Assembly (NCBI RefSeq): GCF_035084215.1
Contig: NC_090342.1
Span: 47,864,001-47,928,000 of the forward strand
Length of the DNA: 64,000 bases
DNA from: Heptranchias perlo
Lineage: Eukaryota
Reading direction: 5' to 3'
A model generated the notes under the pieces. That model had not been told where the DNA came from. It ran no database searches and worked only from the letters and a program-made list of their open reading frames with translations. Positions 34,276 through 46,600 of the stretch are shown piece after piece. The first letter of the stretch is position 1, and the number at the start of each line of letters is the position of its first letter. A program made the position numbers and the translations under genes.

Positions 34276-37095
34276 CCGTACCTTAGAGATGTCATGGGGT
34301 ATCAGCATTCATAGATTTTTATTGGTTGGAAGAAAGGCTATGCAGATGAAACGTTGCTACTTATTGTGCTTTTTGTATACCTCTGGATTTGTGTTGATAA
34401 CCTGGGAGTTGCTATGTTACAGTGCAGTTATGTGAAAACTGAATACCTAGCCATAGGTAAGGACACTGTTCCCCTAATTTCAAGGGGAAGTTTACTCCCT
34501 GAACAATTGCTTAAGCCTGGATGTGTTCCATGTGATCCTTATCACAGTGATACACAGATTGGTGGAGCCAAGGTATAAGGACCCCTAGTGTGTGTGCAAA
34601 GGTAAAGTTGGAGTTTAACTAACTAAAACTGTGTAGTATACCAATACAGAGTGCTGATAAGCTTCCTGTTTCTCATCCAGCTAGGAACACCCTATTCACT
34701 AGGGCATTGTCTTGTAGGGTTATTTGGAGCCGAGTGGGAAGAATCCCAGCACCCCAGTGATGAGTCTACCTGCCCAGGTTCCATTAGCGAGCTAGGCTGT
34801 GCACATCGTCAACAGTACCCTGGAACACTGCAGACATGCCTGGCTTAGTTATCAGATTTCCAAGTTATATTTACAGGTTCTTTTCTAAGACTTTATACTT
34901 AATCACCACAAAATTGCAGCAGTTAAATTTTGTACTGACTGTTAATTTAACATTATAGTCCATGCAAAATAATTATCATGAAACTTGGTGCACCTTTAAA
35001 CAGTTTAACTTATTTGTGAACTTTTTGCTCATCCAAGCCAGGGATGTTAGTGCTGGGAAACGAAGTATTTTCTTTACCCATCGTCTGCATCTGTCCTGTA
35101 TTCTACATGGACTGGACTCGATGCTGGGTGAAGCTCTCCACACCAATGTGGTAGAACATTAACCTCAGAAATTCACCCTGCAGTGTATTAACAGAACATT
35201 TCCATTTCCCAAACCAGCTATCCTGTTTGTGAGGTTGCCAATTTGTGCACTGGGAACTTGACTGAGACTGCCCAAACTCATTTCACATGGGATCCTGGAC
35301 ACTGGAAGACTATTGACCCATCAGCCTCAAAGGATTTTTTTTTAGACAACATTTGACCTCTTATTTTCATTTTAGGTTATGAAGCACCAGCAGTAGAGAT
35401 GGTGAATGGGCAATATGCTCCCAGGCCTCGTCGGTGCAGTTCCAAAGTACCCAACAAGGGTTGTGTGAGAGCAGGCTTGAGTGACCTCCTTTTTGCGTGA
35501 GGAAACAGGAAGTGAAGGCCAGACAGTACTCCACAGTAGTACACCTGCAATAGAGGATTTGACCTCGTGGCTTTCGGATCTGTGTCCCATCGCTCCACAG
35601 TGCTGCGTGTTGATTCTGAACCCGAGCACAGTTCTTGGGAGACCTGCAAACCCAGTTTTACAGCCCAGCCACTTCCCCAGTATGAACTCTGCCTCATCTG
35701 TATAGTAACCCTGAATGTCTTGGAAAAAAGACATCCTGTTAATGCAAAGCTCAGTTATCTTTCTGCACTTGTCACTTTTATGCCTGGCAGAGTGACAGGA
35801 AAGTATTTAGTAGCACAAGCTCGCCTACGTGCAATCAATGCTTAGTGCATCAGGTTGCTGAGCAATATACAATGCCTTCTTCGGACTGAGAGAAAGGAGG
35901 CAGAGAAAGAGATCCAGATTTCATCCGCCTATTGCACCGACTCCCATTTACAGCTTCTAGTTTTTTTTTGTATTAATTTCCTATCCTTGTTTTTTTTTTC
36001 CATGTGCCAATTTTCTTCTATTTTCGCGAACTTATTTTTTTCCTACCCATCTACACTTTGTGCCATTGGGAAAAATGAATTGGGGGTGGGGGGGAAACTA
36101 GCAGACCATTACGCTGGGCTGAAAGCCACCCAGCTCTAGCCTCCTCAATGGCTTGAGTCCTTATTTCAGATCATCAATTAGTCAATGTGATCATGGCAGG
36201 GAAAAGTATCTGATTCATTTTTAATACCACTTACGCTTTCAGTAGCACATTGTTAACGGGATTGAGTCCAGTGTTTTTTTTAAGATTACAGTAGTTTAAA
36301 GGACACTGGTTATCTGAAATCTATCATTAGTGACATGCTGCTTTGAGCAGGATCTGTTGTCCTGATTTTTCAAGTCTTCTGAGATCACCGCTCTGAAAAC
36401 TGACCTGTCTCACGAGAGCTTATTTTTATTTCATTCTCTGGAGTATTTCCAGTCTTAAAAGTCAAACCCCAGTAGTTGCTCACTAACTGGGTTTTGAAGA
36501 TCTGTTTTGTGTTGCAAGACAGATTGGGACAATTTCATGAAAAACAGGAAGTGTTTGTGGAATTCAAGGTGTGGATTGAAAATGTAGATTCAAGGACTGG
36601 TGATTTCCCTACAAGCTGAAAGGACTGAATGGCTTCCAGCCCAGCCATTTTGCTAACGTTCAAAACATTTGTGTCCTTACACACTGACGACAGCGCTGTG
36701 ACATAAATGAAGAGTTACTGCTGCCTCCAAGAACCATTGAAGGAGGTGGGTTTCAGCTGGACCTCCTGAGGTCGTGGGCATTACTGGCTTGTATAGTTCT
36801 TCCACAATGGTTGAGAATTGATAAGGTGGCAAGAAACAAGGTTGCACACATTCATTTGTTTATCTGTTGCTCCAGTGAGAGAGAGTCTGTCCCACAGCAT
36901 GAAGCAGGAAGGTCCCACAGCACCAACAGCCTGGGTATTACAAAACCCAAACTACTACGTTGTACATTTGTAGGAACTGAAGGTGTCTATTCACCATACA
37001 TGCTATTTAACAGAGGAATTTCAGAACTTACCCAGAAGGCTCCCCTCATCTTGTTCTTAGCAGTAATTTTTTTTGATTTTAGCTACAATTTCGAT

Positions 37096-37700
37096 GTGTC
37101 AGCCATGGCTCAGTGATAGCACTCTCACCTCCGAGTCAGTTTGTGGGTTCAAGCTCCACTCTAGGACTGGAGCATATAATGTAGACTGACACTCCAGTGC
37201 AGTACTGAGAGAGTATTGCACTGTTGGAGGTGCCTTCTTTCGGTTGAGACGTTAAACCGAAGACACATCTGCTATCTTGGCTGAACAGAGACGATCCTAT
37301 GACACTATTCGAAGAAGTGTATGGGAGTTATTCTGGTGTCCTGACCAACCTTTGTCCCTCCTCCAACACCACTAAAACAGATTACCTGATTATTTACTTC
37401 ATTGCTGTTTGTGGGTCTTTGCTGTGTGCAAATTGGCAGCTATGTTTCCCTACATTACAACAGTAACTACACTTCAAAAGTACCTCATTGGCTGTAAAGT
37501 GCTTTGAGACATTCTGAGGCCGTGAAAGGCGTGATATAAATGCAAGTTAGTTCTTGCTGCTTGTGAGACCTCATTGTACGCAAATCGGCTGCCACATTTG
37601 TCGACCTAAAATAGTGACGACCCTTCAAAGTAATTAATTGGCCGTGAAGTGTCTTGGAACATCCTGAGGTCTTGAATGGTATATAAATGCAAGTTCTTCC
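37096..37700 (+). mobile_element. Full-length SacSINE1/DeuSINE-like SINE (37096-37548) with a second tandem 3' tail
   Basis: A box TGGCTCAGTGA, B box GGGTTCAAGCTCC, central domain, tail atataaatgcaagtt; last about 140 nt repeated to 37700. Family name is from recollection. Confidence 0.85.
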
Positions 37701-38016
37701 TTTTGCACAACAAAAAGAAAGCTGAAAATGAATATTTTCAATTTACTGCTCGCAGCAATAATCTGCTTTGTGCCGACAGCCTCTTGTCATGAGGTGTTAC
37801 ACTGCACGCTTTCAGCTCCATGGCAAGATATTTTTGCACTCTACCTGACAAGTTGAGCGTGCCATTGGCTCATTTTCCAGGGGTACTACAACAGTTTATG
37901 ATAGACTATATTGTTCTCCATATTACCACAGGATTCCAGTAGAACATAATGGTGGGCTGGTGAAATCTTTGCAGCATTTTCTGTTTTTATGTGACTTGTG
38001 TGCTCTTTTCCTATAG

Positions 38017-38038
38017 TGTATTGATACCAATGTGCTAC
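38017..38038 (+). other. Candidate 22-nt microexon
   Basis: tgtgtgctcttttcctatag|TGTATTGATACCAATGTGCTAC|gtaagc; strong sites, but not frame-preserving. Confidence 0.33.
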
Positions 38039-38387
38039 GTAAGCCTGGTGAGAACATTGCTTCTGCTTCTCATCACTTGGAGTTCGAATCCTAAGTATAA
38101 TAACTTCAGAACATCATTATATGTTCTCCCTTCTCCTCTTTCCCCACATCCCCCTTCTCCCTTTCCAACTGTAGATCACTTTTTGGCACATGATAAAGGC
38201 TAAATTAAAACAAAAAACTTATAAAACTTTTTTAAAATAATTCTTTTTTTACTTTCGGCTGCAAAGGTTGATTACTCCCTACTGAGGCCCGAGGCACCGT
38301 GAGTGACAGTTCTTTTCTCCTGTACTGGTCTTCAGCCAGTGATTCTGCTATTTAATCCTTATTCCTTTTGGAGCAACAACTGGACAG

Positions 38388-38725
38388 AACATAAGAAATA
38401 GGCGCAGGAGTAGGCCTGCTCCGCCATTCAGTCAGATCATGGCTGATCTTTAACCTCAATTCCACTTTCCCGCCCGATCCCCATCTCAGCCTTGAATATA
38501 TTCAATGATTCAGCATCCACAGCCCTCTGAGGTAGAGAATTCCAATGATTCACAACCCTCAGCGTGAAGAAATTCTTTCTCATCTCAGTCTTGAATGGCC
38601 GACCCTGTATCCTGTGATTATGCCCCCTAGTTCTAGACTCTCTAGCCAGGGGAAACAACCTCTCAGCGTCTACCCTGTCAAGCCCCCTCATAATCTTATA
38701 TGTTTCAGTGAGATCACCTCTCACC
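38388..38725 (-). mobile_element. CR1 3' fragment
   Basis: ORF 38437 RGDLTETYKIMRGLDRVD..RTRGH..WNSLP; tail aacataagaaatagg. Confidence 0.88.
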
Positions 38726-39054
38726 TTTTTTATACAACATCGGTCTCTGCAACATAACAGCACAAGGTTTTAGCTCTGAGTCTTTTTTCCTGAAAGTTTA
38801 ATGGATTCGGGTTATAGATAATTATCAAAGCTTTGAAATTGTGTTGATGTTCCAATTTGTCTGGTGCTTTGATCATTGTTTTGCAGTTCTGGCAATTTTA
38901 ATTAAACATCCTCAGATCGGTGTGGAATGATTGTTTAATAGCTTTTTCCGTATGCACGTTTTTGTCTTTTTTCCCCCTTTCTCCAGTCTTCTCTTCTGCA
39001 TGCTCCTCCCCCCATGAGGGAGGCTGACTAGGATATAGTGCCTCAGGTGCTGTC

Positions 39055-39335
39055 TGCTAACTTGCCCGAGTGTTGTCTTCATATGTGAGCCCAAGCAATG
39101 AGTTTCAGCAGCCTGCTTTACCGTGGTGTGGGGTGGGATCACAGCCAAGCCTAATGTCCACATGTGCATTTTCCAGGAGGTGTTGCTGGATAACAGTTAG
39201 GAACAGAACGCTGTTTCCCCTCTCCCCTACTTTTAGCCCAGGGACACTGAGGCTAATTTATAGCGCCCCTGCTGCTCCCATGGTTGAGACCAGCAAACTC
39301 AGCCATGAAACAAATTAAGCTGGGACCTTCTGATC
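39055..39335 (-). mobile_element. Ancient tRNA-type SINE (unassigned family)
   Basis: tcacagccaagcctaat..ttccag..gacactgaggctaatt..cagcaaactcagc..gggaccttctgatc shared with 27465 and 44500. Confidence 0.5.
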
Positions 39336-40059
39336 TGAGTGGTTGATGAGGATGTCCTTATGCACTAGGTCATTGGGTGGGGGGGGGTCTCTTCTTTGCA
39401 CGATTTTAATCAAGTGATTGAAGTATGTTGTATAGTGGATATAAACTGCCAAAGATGGTATTGTGTAAACCTTGCACTTAACTGAGTATTGAGGATTTGA
39501 TTTATGTTCGACTATCATCATCATCCCAAAAATTTGACTGGTCAAGAGATCTCTACAGTTGATCCTACTCTGTCAGGCGACTCCCTACATTGCCCAGTCA
39601 GTGTAAATAGTTATACCTCCTCTGTGAATCTGAATGAAGCATTCTCCAGGCGGGTGTTGCTGCAGCCAACACCCCCTCAACTGACACTGGTGATGGTTGT
39701 TTCCCTGTATGTGTGGGAGAGACACTTGTAGGATGAGCGGACTCTAGACAGGTGGATTGTGGACAGGTCCGCCTGGCACATCACCAATTAGCCCCGAGAT
39801 ATTTTCAGACCTTGGTGCAGGGCATCTCTGGGCGAAGAACAGTTGCCCAGTGTATTGACAAACACAGTAGAACCTTTTTTATGTGACTGTTTCCCAGTAC
39901 ATGGCCCAGTGCCACTTAGTTCCGTCAGAGCGTGGAAGAGACTAATTTGAAGAATGAAGACAACCCCACAAAGCAGGGAATGTGCTTTAACTAGTCATGT
40001 GACCGGAACATGAGACTGTTCTGTCTACTGTAACACTGATTGTTACTAAACAACAAAAC

Positions 40060-40260
40060 TGGCTCCATTGGTAAATGAGTGACCCATTGTGAAACTGAGC
40101 CCAATCGATCAGGAAGATATCCAGTTTACTTCCTATTCTGCGCTGCATTAGCTAATCTTAGCTGGGACAGGTGTAGGGAACGGTGCTACAATTGGCCCCA
40201 GTGTCTTTGGTCTAGAATGAGAAAATGTCCGCCTTGGTTCCCACTCACAATTCAGACCAA
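40060..40260 (+). mobile_element. Ancient tRNA-type SINE (same family, + orientation)
   Basis: ttagctaatcttagc..gtgctacaattggccccagtg is the reverse complement of blocks in 39055 and 44500. Confidence 0.45.
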
Positions 40261-40847
40261 TGACTCTGTTGGGAAGTAGATGCTTCGGAGTGTGTGACAA
40301 GAGGCTGCAGTCCAATCAGAGGGTTCCATGTTCTTACTGCTTTTTTACACGCTCGGTGCTAATAAAAATGAAAGTGGACTGAGAAGCCTTGACTCCCACT
40401 GTATCTGTATGGTATCTGAACATCTCTAGTGGTTTGTGATGTTGTGTAATATGAATCCAAAAATAACTTGCAGTTTTATTTTTTCCGATAATTTCCACAC
40501 ATTGCTTTGATGCTGAACCTCCAATGTTGCACTATGTTTAGACCTCATGACAGGAAGATCGGTGATATAACTAGTGAAATAAGTTACAGCAATACAGTGT
40601 TGTATGGAAGGTATTAGAAGTATTGTACGGTGGATTTTTTTTAAACAGTCGAGATAATCAAGTATGAGAGATTGGGTTCTTCACCAACTTGACACGGTAG
40701 AACTGATGCAGAGATTTTCCCGATAACGTAAACAAGAACAGATCTTGTATAGTTTATTTGGAATTTCCCCTTTCTTCCCTGTCCTGAAATTGAACGATTT
40801 GCTTTAACTGTCCGTGGCATTTTCAATTATATAATCTGTACAAATTG

Positions 40848-41020
40848 AATTACATAGAATTTACAGCACAGAAACCGGCCATTCAGCCCAAACGGTCTAT
40901 GCGGTGTTTATGCTCCACACAAGCCTCCTCCCATTCTATTTACTTCATCTAACCCTTTCAACATATTCTTCTATTCCTTTCCTCCTCATGTACATATCTA
41001 GCTTTCCCTTAAATGCATCA
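40848..41020 (-). mobile_element. CR1 3' tail fragment
   Basis: catagaatttacagcacagaaaccggccattcagccc; reverse complement of 25540-25700. Confidence 0.8.
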
Positions 41021-41620
41021 AATAGAATAAAAACTTCAAAATTTTAAAGATGCAATTTATAATTTGCACCATTTCCAAGCTTAGTAATGTAAAGGCAGTG
41101 GTCTTGCCAGTGCAGACTGCCTCCCATTACAAATATATTAGTAGAACAGTTGATTGCAGCTTTCTGGAAGCAATGATTGCAGTTTAATGATTCACAGTTT
41201 TGTACATCATTTTTCAGTAGCTTCTGGAGTTTCATCCTAGGTCTCCATATAAAGGTAATGGAGGCCAGCTCGACTGTATAGGGGAATCAAAGATGCACAT
41301 TTTCAGATTAGGCTCTAAATGCCCTTAATCCTTTCAACAATACCGGCATATTCTTTCCAATATGTTGGGGGAAATTGTTCTCCTTAAGCTGTACAGCACT
41401 TCAAAGTTAAAAGCATGGACATGTCATGAAAAACAGCTGTCAGAAATTATTTTCCCAATCCTTCCACCACCTCATTTCTCCTTGCTTTTCAGAAAATCTG
41501 AACCAACTAAAATTGTATTACCTCTGTACACTTTGAATTGATCATTAATAATAAAATAAACATTATAGTGTTTTCACTAACTTAATATTTAAGACCGTTA
41601 TTAACGTTGAAAGGTTTCTC

Positions 41621-42136
41621 AACAACAACAACTTGCCTTTAACATAGTAAAATGTCCCAAGGTGCTGCACAGGAGCGTGATCAGACAAAAATTGACACCA
41701 AGCCAAAGAAGGGGAGATTAGGACAGGTGACCAAAAGCCTAGTCAAAGACGTTGTTTTTAAGGAGCGACTTAAAGGTTCAGGGAGGGTATTTCAGGGTAC
41801 ATTTGATGTACCTCATGCAATATTGTTTAAACCTATTTGTAAAAAAGGGCCTAGATAGCCGAAGGCACGGCCGCTAATGGTGGGGCGAAGGAAGTGGAGG
41901 GTGCACAAGAGGTCAGAGTTGGGGAAACGCAGAGTTCTTGCAGGGTTGTTTGGCTGGAGGAGGTTACAGAGATGGGAAGGAGCGAGGCCATGGAGAGATT
42001 TGAACACAAAGATTAGAATTTTAAAATCGAGGTGTTGGCGGACCGGGAGCTAATGTAGGTCAGCGAGCACAGGGGTGATGGGTGAACGGAACTTGGTGTG
42101 AGTTAGGATATGGGCAGCAGCGTTTGGGATGAAGTT
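41621..42136 (-). mobile_element. L2 3' fragment containing an inserted copy of nearby DNA
   Basis: (AAC)n tail; ORF 41813 FKSLHGLAPSHLCNLLQP; foreign segment at 41799-41845. Confidence 0.85.
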
Positions 42137-42985
42137 TTCTCACCTTGAGTGTTGAAGCTAAAGAAACACTAAATTAATGCCACCTGGAATAACAAGGACA
42201 GACTACTTTTCCAACACTTGATGTACCTCATGCAATATTGCTTAATCCTATTTTTAAAAAAGGGACTGGCAAATTCTAATTCATTATATCATTGTTTCAC
42301 ACAAATTTACATTAATTGTACCAGTTCAGACTAAATCCTTTATATCTGTTGCATACTTGCCAGCCATTTGGGTTTAAGGCGGCCAGTCATGGATGTTTGA
42401 GTCATTGCTCGCGATTGTGCCTGAAGATCAGCCCTGCTTCCAGTTCCCACCTGCTATTACTGCTGCTCATGGGGATCAAACTGCTTGAACACCGTGGGAA
42501 GGAATTCTTGTGATAGTTTTGAGAGATCAGGTATTCTCAGCTCCAGCTTCCAGCACAGTTCCATCTCCCAGATTGACAGCAGGTTCAGGAAGGAGCAGGG
42601 AGAGGCAGATTGGGGAGGAGGGTGCCAAGGTAACTTAGGGTAACTCCCCAGTTTGAACTGCATTGGGGAAGGGAGGAGAATGTTGGCTTAAAATGTGGGG
42701 AAGAGGAAGGGAAAGGCAGGTGTTGGTTTAAATTGGGGAGGTGGGAGAAGAGTGCCAATGTCAACTGAGAAGGGTGGAAGGGAAGAATGCCAGAATGTAT
42801 TGAGGAGTCTGTGCGATAAGTAGGCTTGGGGGCTTCTGTGAATTGGGGAAATGGAGGTGAGTGCCTCTGTCACTGGTGACAGGAGCAACAATTTGACAAT
42901 CAGGTTCAGCAATAGACTATCAATATACATCTACGATATTTTCTGCAGGTAATGAGGGAAAAGCCGCACACCTTTTTGCTACAAC

Positions 42986-43693
42986 TGAGGCCTGACTGCC
43001 CTCTCAGGTAGATGTAAAAGATCCCATGGCAGGGGAATTTTCCCTGTGTCCTGGCCAATATTTATCCCTCAACCAACATCAGTAAAACAGATTATCTGGT
43101 CATTATCTCATGGCTGTTTGTGGGACCTTGCTGTGTGCAAATTGGCTGCAGTATTTCCCTACATAGAATCATAGAATGGTTACAGCATGGAAGGAGGCCA
43201 TCCATGCCGTCTCTCTGCAAGAGCAATCCAGCTAATCTCACTCCCCCGCCCTATCCCCGTAGCCCTGCAATTTTTTTCCCTTTAAGTGCTTGTCCAATTC
43301 TCTTTTGAAAGCCACGATTGACTCTGCCTCCACCACCACCTCAGGCAGCGCATTCCAGATCGTAACCACTCACTGTGTAAAAAAAAAGTTTTTTCTCATG
43401 TTGCCTTTGGGTCTTTTGCCAATCACCTTAAATCTATGTCCTCTGGTTCGTGACCCTTCCACCATTGGGAACACTTTCTCTCTATCTACTCTGTCTAGAC
43501 CCTTCATGATTTTGAATACCTGTATCAAATCTCCTCTCAACCTTCTATGCTCTGAGGAGAACAATCCCAGCTTCTCCAGTCTATCCACGTAACTGAACAT
43601 TACAACTGTGACTACACGTCTAAAGTTGTTCTTCAGCTGTGATGCACTTTGGGATGTCCAGAAGTTATGAAAGGTGTAAAATAAATGCAAGTT
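42986..43693 (+). mobile_element. SacSINE1-like SINE (5'-truncated) interrupted by CR1
   Basis: Matches 37260-37548; breaks at ttccctacat and resumes at tacaactgtg. Confidence 0.8.
43165..43596 (-). mobile_element. CR1 3' fragment nested in a SINE
   Basis: ORF 43370 SYVDRLEKLGLFSSE..RGDLI; same subfamily as 14831; ACAT repeated at 43161-43164 and 43597-43600. Confidence 0.9.
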
Positions 43694-43734
43694 CTTGCCT
43701 TTTTATTTTTTAATTCTTTACCCTCCTCACCTGA

Positions 43735-44060
43735 AGGCACTCATTCAAGCTTGAAGTGCAGTTCCAGTGCAGCCAGCAGTCATCCACTACCTTTGCTAAG
43801 ATGACATTCCTCATGTGTGAGTCCAGACAGTCAGCATTGACAGGCTATTCAATATTGGGGGACATCACAACTAAATCCGACCCTGTTGATGCTCAGTATC
43901 CATGGATGTATTTTCTAGCAGAGATCACTGGATCGTGACCAAGAGCAGGAGCCCTGCTTGATTTGTTCTTCTACCTTTCCTAACTCGGTCATCCTGGCAC
44001 AAATGTAGTACCCCAAGTGCTGGCCTGGCTAAGACTTGCTGACACGGCACAGGCTGGGGA
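43735..44060 (-). mobile_element. Ancient tRNA-type SINE (unassigned family)
   Basis: ttgacaggctatt..gacatcacaactaaatccgaccctgt..tcactgga shared with 44500 and 58790. Confidence 0.45.
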
Positions 44061-44499
44061 AACTATCCCTTATTAAGGCCTACAAAAACTTAAGAATTCA
44101 CAGCAGAATAAGTGCATTATCATTTTCATCTTGATTTTGCTGAATCTTTATTCATCAATTTGTCAAAAATTACCATATATAAATAACTTTGATGTATATA
44201 GACCTACAATTTATTATATATATTTGCCATGATTGAATTTGATTCATGAACGATTTTGTCAGCGTTTATTTAAATGCTGCTAAATTTATTAATGGATCTG
44301 GTGATAAACAATGTTTTTTTGGCTCCAGTGCACATAGCCATTTAAGATGACCTTGCACCTTTTGTCCTGTGCTCCATCCCATTAAAAATCTCTTTCAACA
44401 ATGCTTAATTACATAATAAAAGTTTCTGAATGTGTGTAGGGCCTGTTCTTTTAAAGATGATTTTTTTTTCTTTTTGGATCTATTTTCTTTTCCCAGTCC

Positions 44500-44842
44500 C
44501 CTCTCTTCCCTTGCCTCCTGAATGTATTGGCTCCTCAGCTGGGGTACAATTCAACGGACATTGCGAATGGGTGAGCCTTGACAACAGGCTGTTCTTCGGT
44601 GGTTCTGGGAAATGACATCACAGCCAAGCCCAATTCTGTCCCCCGCCTAAAGACCATACAGGCCACTTCCAGCAGGTCACACTAGATGGTGACCAGGAAT
44701 CCAGGTGGATTTCCCCCAGGTATACTGAGGTCAACTGTAGCACCCATACCATTATCCCAACTGAAGTGGGCTAACTCAGCTCAGACTGGGGACTGGTTTC
44801 AGGACCTTTCTGGTCTGTACTCACTGGATAAATTTGCTGAGT
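44500..44842 (-). mobile_element. Ancient tRNA-type SINE (unassigned family)
   Basis: gacatcacagccaagcccaattctgtc..gctaactcagctcagactgggga..ggacctttctggtctgta. Confidence 0.5.
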
Positions 44843-44858
44843 TAAAGTTACCTCAGTC

Positions 44859-45842
44859 TAGGGTTGCCAACTCTGGTTGGAAGCATTCCTGGAGGTTTGA
44901 TCATGTGACATTCTGATCACATGACATCTGATCATGTGACATATCACGTGATGCATGATCAAATATTTATCCCATTCCCTTTGAAGTGAAGTTTTAGTCT
45001 CTACCTCACTGGCCACGTGTGGTGATGGACCCCATGGTCTAAAAGCTTCAGTTCAAGAACCTTCCTCCTCCCTTCCCCTTTGTTTCTTCCAGTGAAAATA
45101 CTTGGTTTCTGTTCCCTAGTACCCCATTCGCCCACCTCTGGAAACAATATTTCACTGTTTACCCACAATAAGGTCCCCAGGCTTCACTTATCCCTTTACT
45201 GGCTGCTCCTCTCTTAATGCCGTTCCCACTCACTACCTTGCTACTGCTCCTGGCTCTGTGGGAAATGCTGGGCCCCGGGCCCACCCCATTCCCCAGTCTC
45301 CCTCCTTCCTCAAGCCCCCATTCCCCAGTCTTCCTCTCTCCCTGATCCCCCATTCCGCAGTCTCCCTCTTTCCTCGAGGTTTCATGCCCCAATCTCCCTC
45401 TTTCCTCGAGCCCCCATTCCCCAGTCTTCCCCTGATCTCCCATTCCCCAGTCTCCCTATTCCCCCCCCCCCCATTTCAGAGCCCATCCCCGATTCCCAAC
45501 TCTTTACCCCCGCGCTCCCCACCCCCAACACCGGTCGCAGCTCTCTGCGGGTGCCAGCTCTCTGCGGGTGCCAGCTCTGAACAGCAGCCGGTGACGAGCT
45601 CCGTGGAAAAGGCTGGGAAATGATTCTGTTTAAAATTAATGCAGTTTCACCTCGTTCTAACTCCTGATGCCAGGCTCAATCAGTAATTGTTTACAGTGCC
45701 TCACACAAGTGTCTGTTCACGTGGGCACACGACCGCGGGAAATTTAAATCACTGATCTCCTGGGCTGCTGGAGGCAGCACTTGGGATCGGAACCCCCGAT
45801 TCCAGGGAATTCCCAGTCATTCCGGGAGGGTTGGGAACCCTA
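44859..45842. mobile_element. Non-autonomous hAT-type DNA transposon with internal minisatellite
   Basis: TIR tagggttgccaac / gttgggaacccta; 8-bp flanks cctcagtc / cctcactc (7/8); subterminal gatcatgtgac repeats; ccccattccccagtctccct repeats at about 45283-45460. Confidence 0.82.
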
Positions 45843-46600
45843 CCTCACTCCCATGTTTTGTTTGATTTCTCTATGTGCTCCATCAGCTTGTCAAGTTTAT
45901 TTTAGGCTTTTAAAATTTATTGTACTGGTGGTTCTGTGCTTGTTTTTCTTCCAGATCTTGGATCAAAGCCAAAATTCAGCTTTCAAAAATGCATTATATT
46001 CTGGGTCTTTATTTGCTCCTTTTAAATCCCGACTGAGCCATCAGTATAATCTGGTGCATTTAAGGCCTAGTCACTGTGCTTAGGCCTGCCAATTCAAATA
46101 CACACACATGCATTCTAACGCACACTCACTCATAGTGTAAAAATCTTTTACTAATTTTAAAGTCCCTGCTTCACTGAGGGCGCTGGTGGGATTTCCGGAG
46201 GTGAACACGTGCCATCTTTCGTGGTCGGCTCCAGCAGTTGGGGGGGGGGCGGGGGGTGCTATGGTTGTTATTGGTGGAGGTGGGATTTTGCTGGCTTTTC
46301 TCGTGGCGGTTGGCTCGCCTCCTGGGCAGGATCGTGGGGGTGTGTCTGAGCCAGCAGATCAGCTGATCGATCTCTCACCCATTGATACTGCCGGCAGGAA
46401 CAGAGCATGGTGGGGCAATGCTGTGGTCTCCACTAGCTGGCAGTTTCCACTGTCTGTCAGGAAGAGGGGTGGGGAGGTTGGTTTATCAAGGTCCACTGTA
46501 TTCCACTGAAGTGGAGTGCTCTTTATGCTTGTGCCTGGAGCTGTTCATAGAATTATCCAGCACAGAAGGAAGCCAGTCAGCCCATCATGCCAGTGCTGGC

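Larger units (their letters stand above)
31143..34282 (-). mobile_element. Near full-length single-ORF APE-RT LINE (CR1/L2/Jockey-group, clade unresolved) with a tRNA-like 5' head
   Basis: APE (PDIAILTESYL, DR..GGG, GDFN, PTRG..LDLVLT, SDH), RT (FADD), 3' hairpin and A tail; no ORF1; A box 34265-34275 and B box 34202-34213. Confidence 0.93.

Noticed and set aside
34195-34282. Functional tRNA gene
   Set aside because: No convincing acceptor stem and no downstream T-run terminator; it is a retroelement head.
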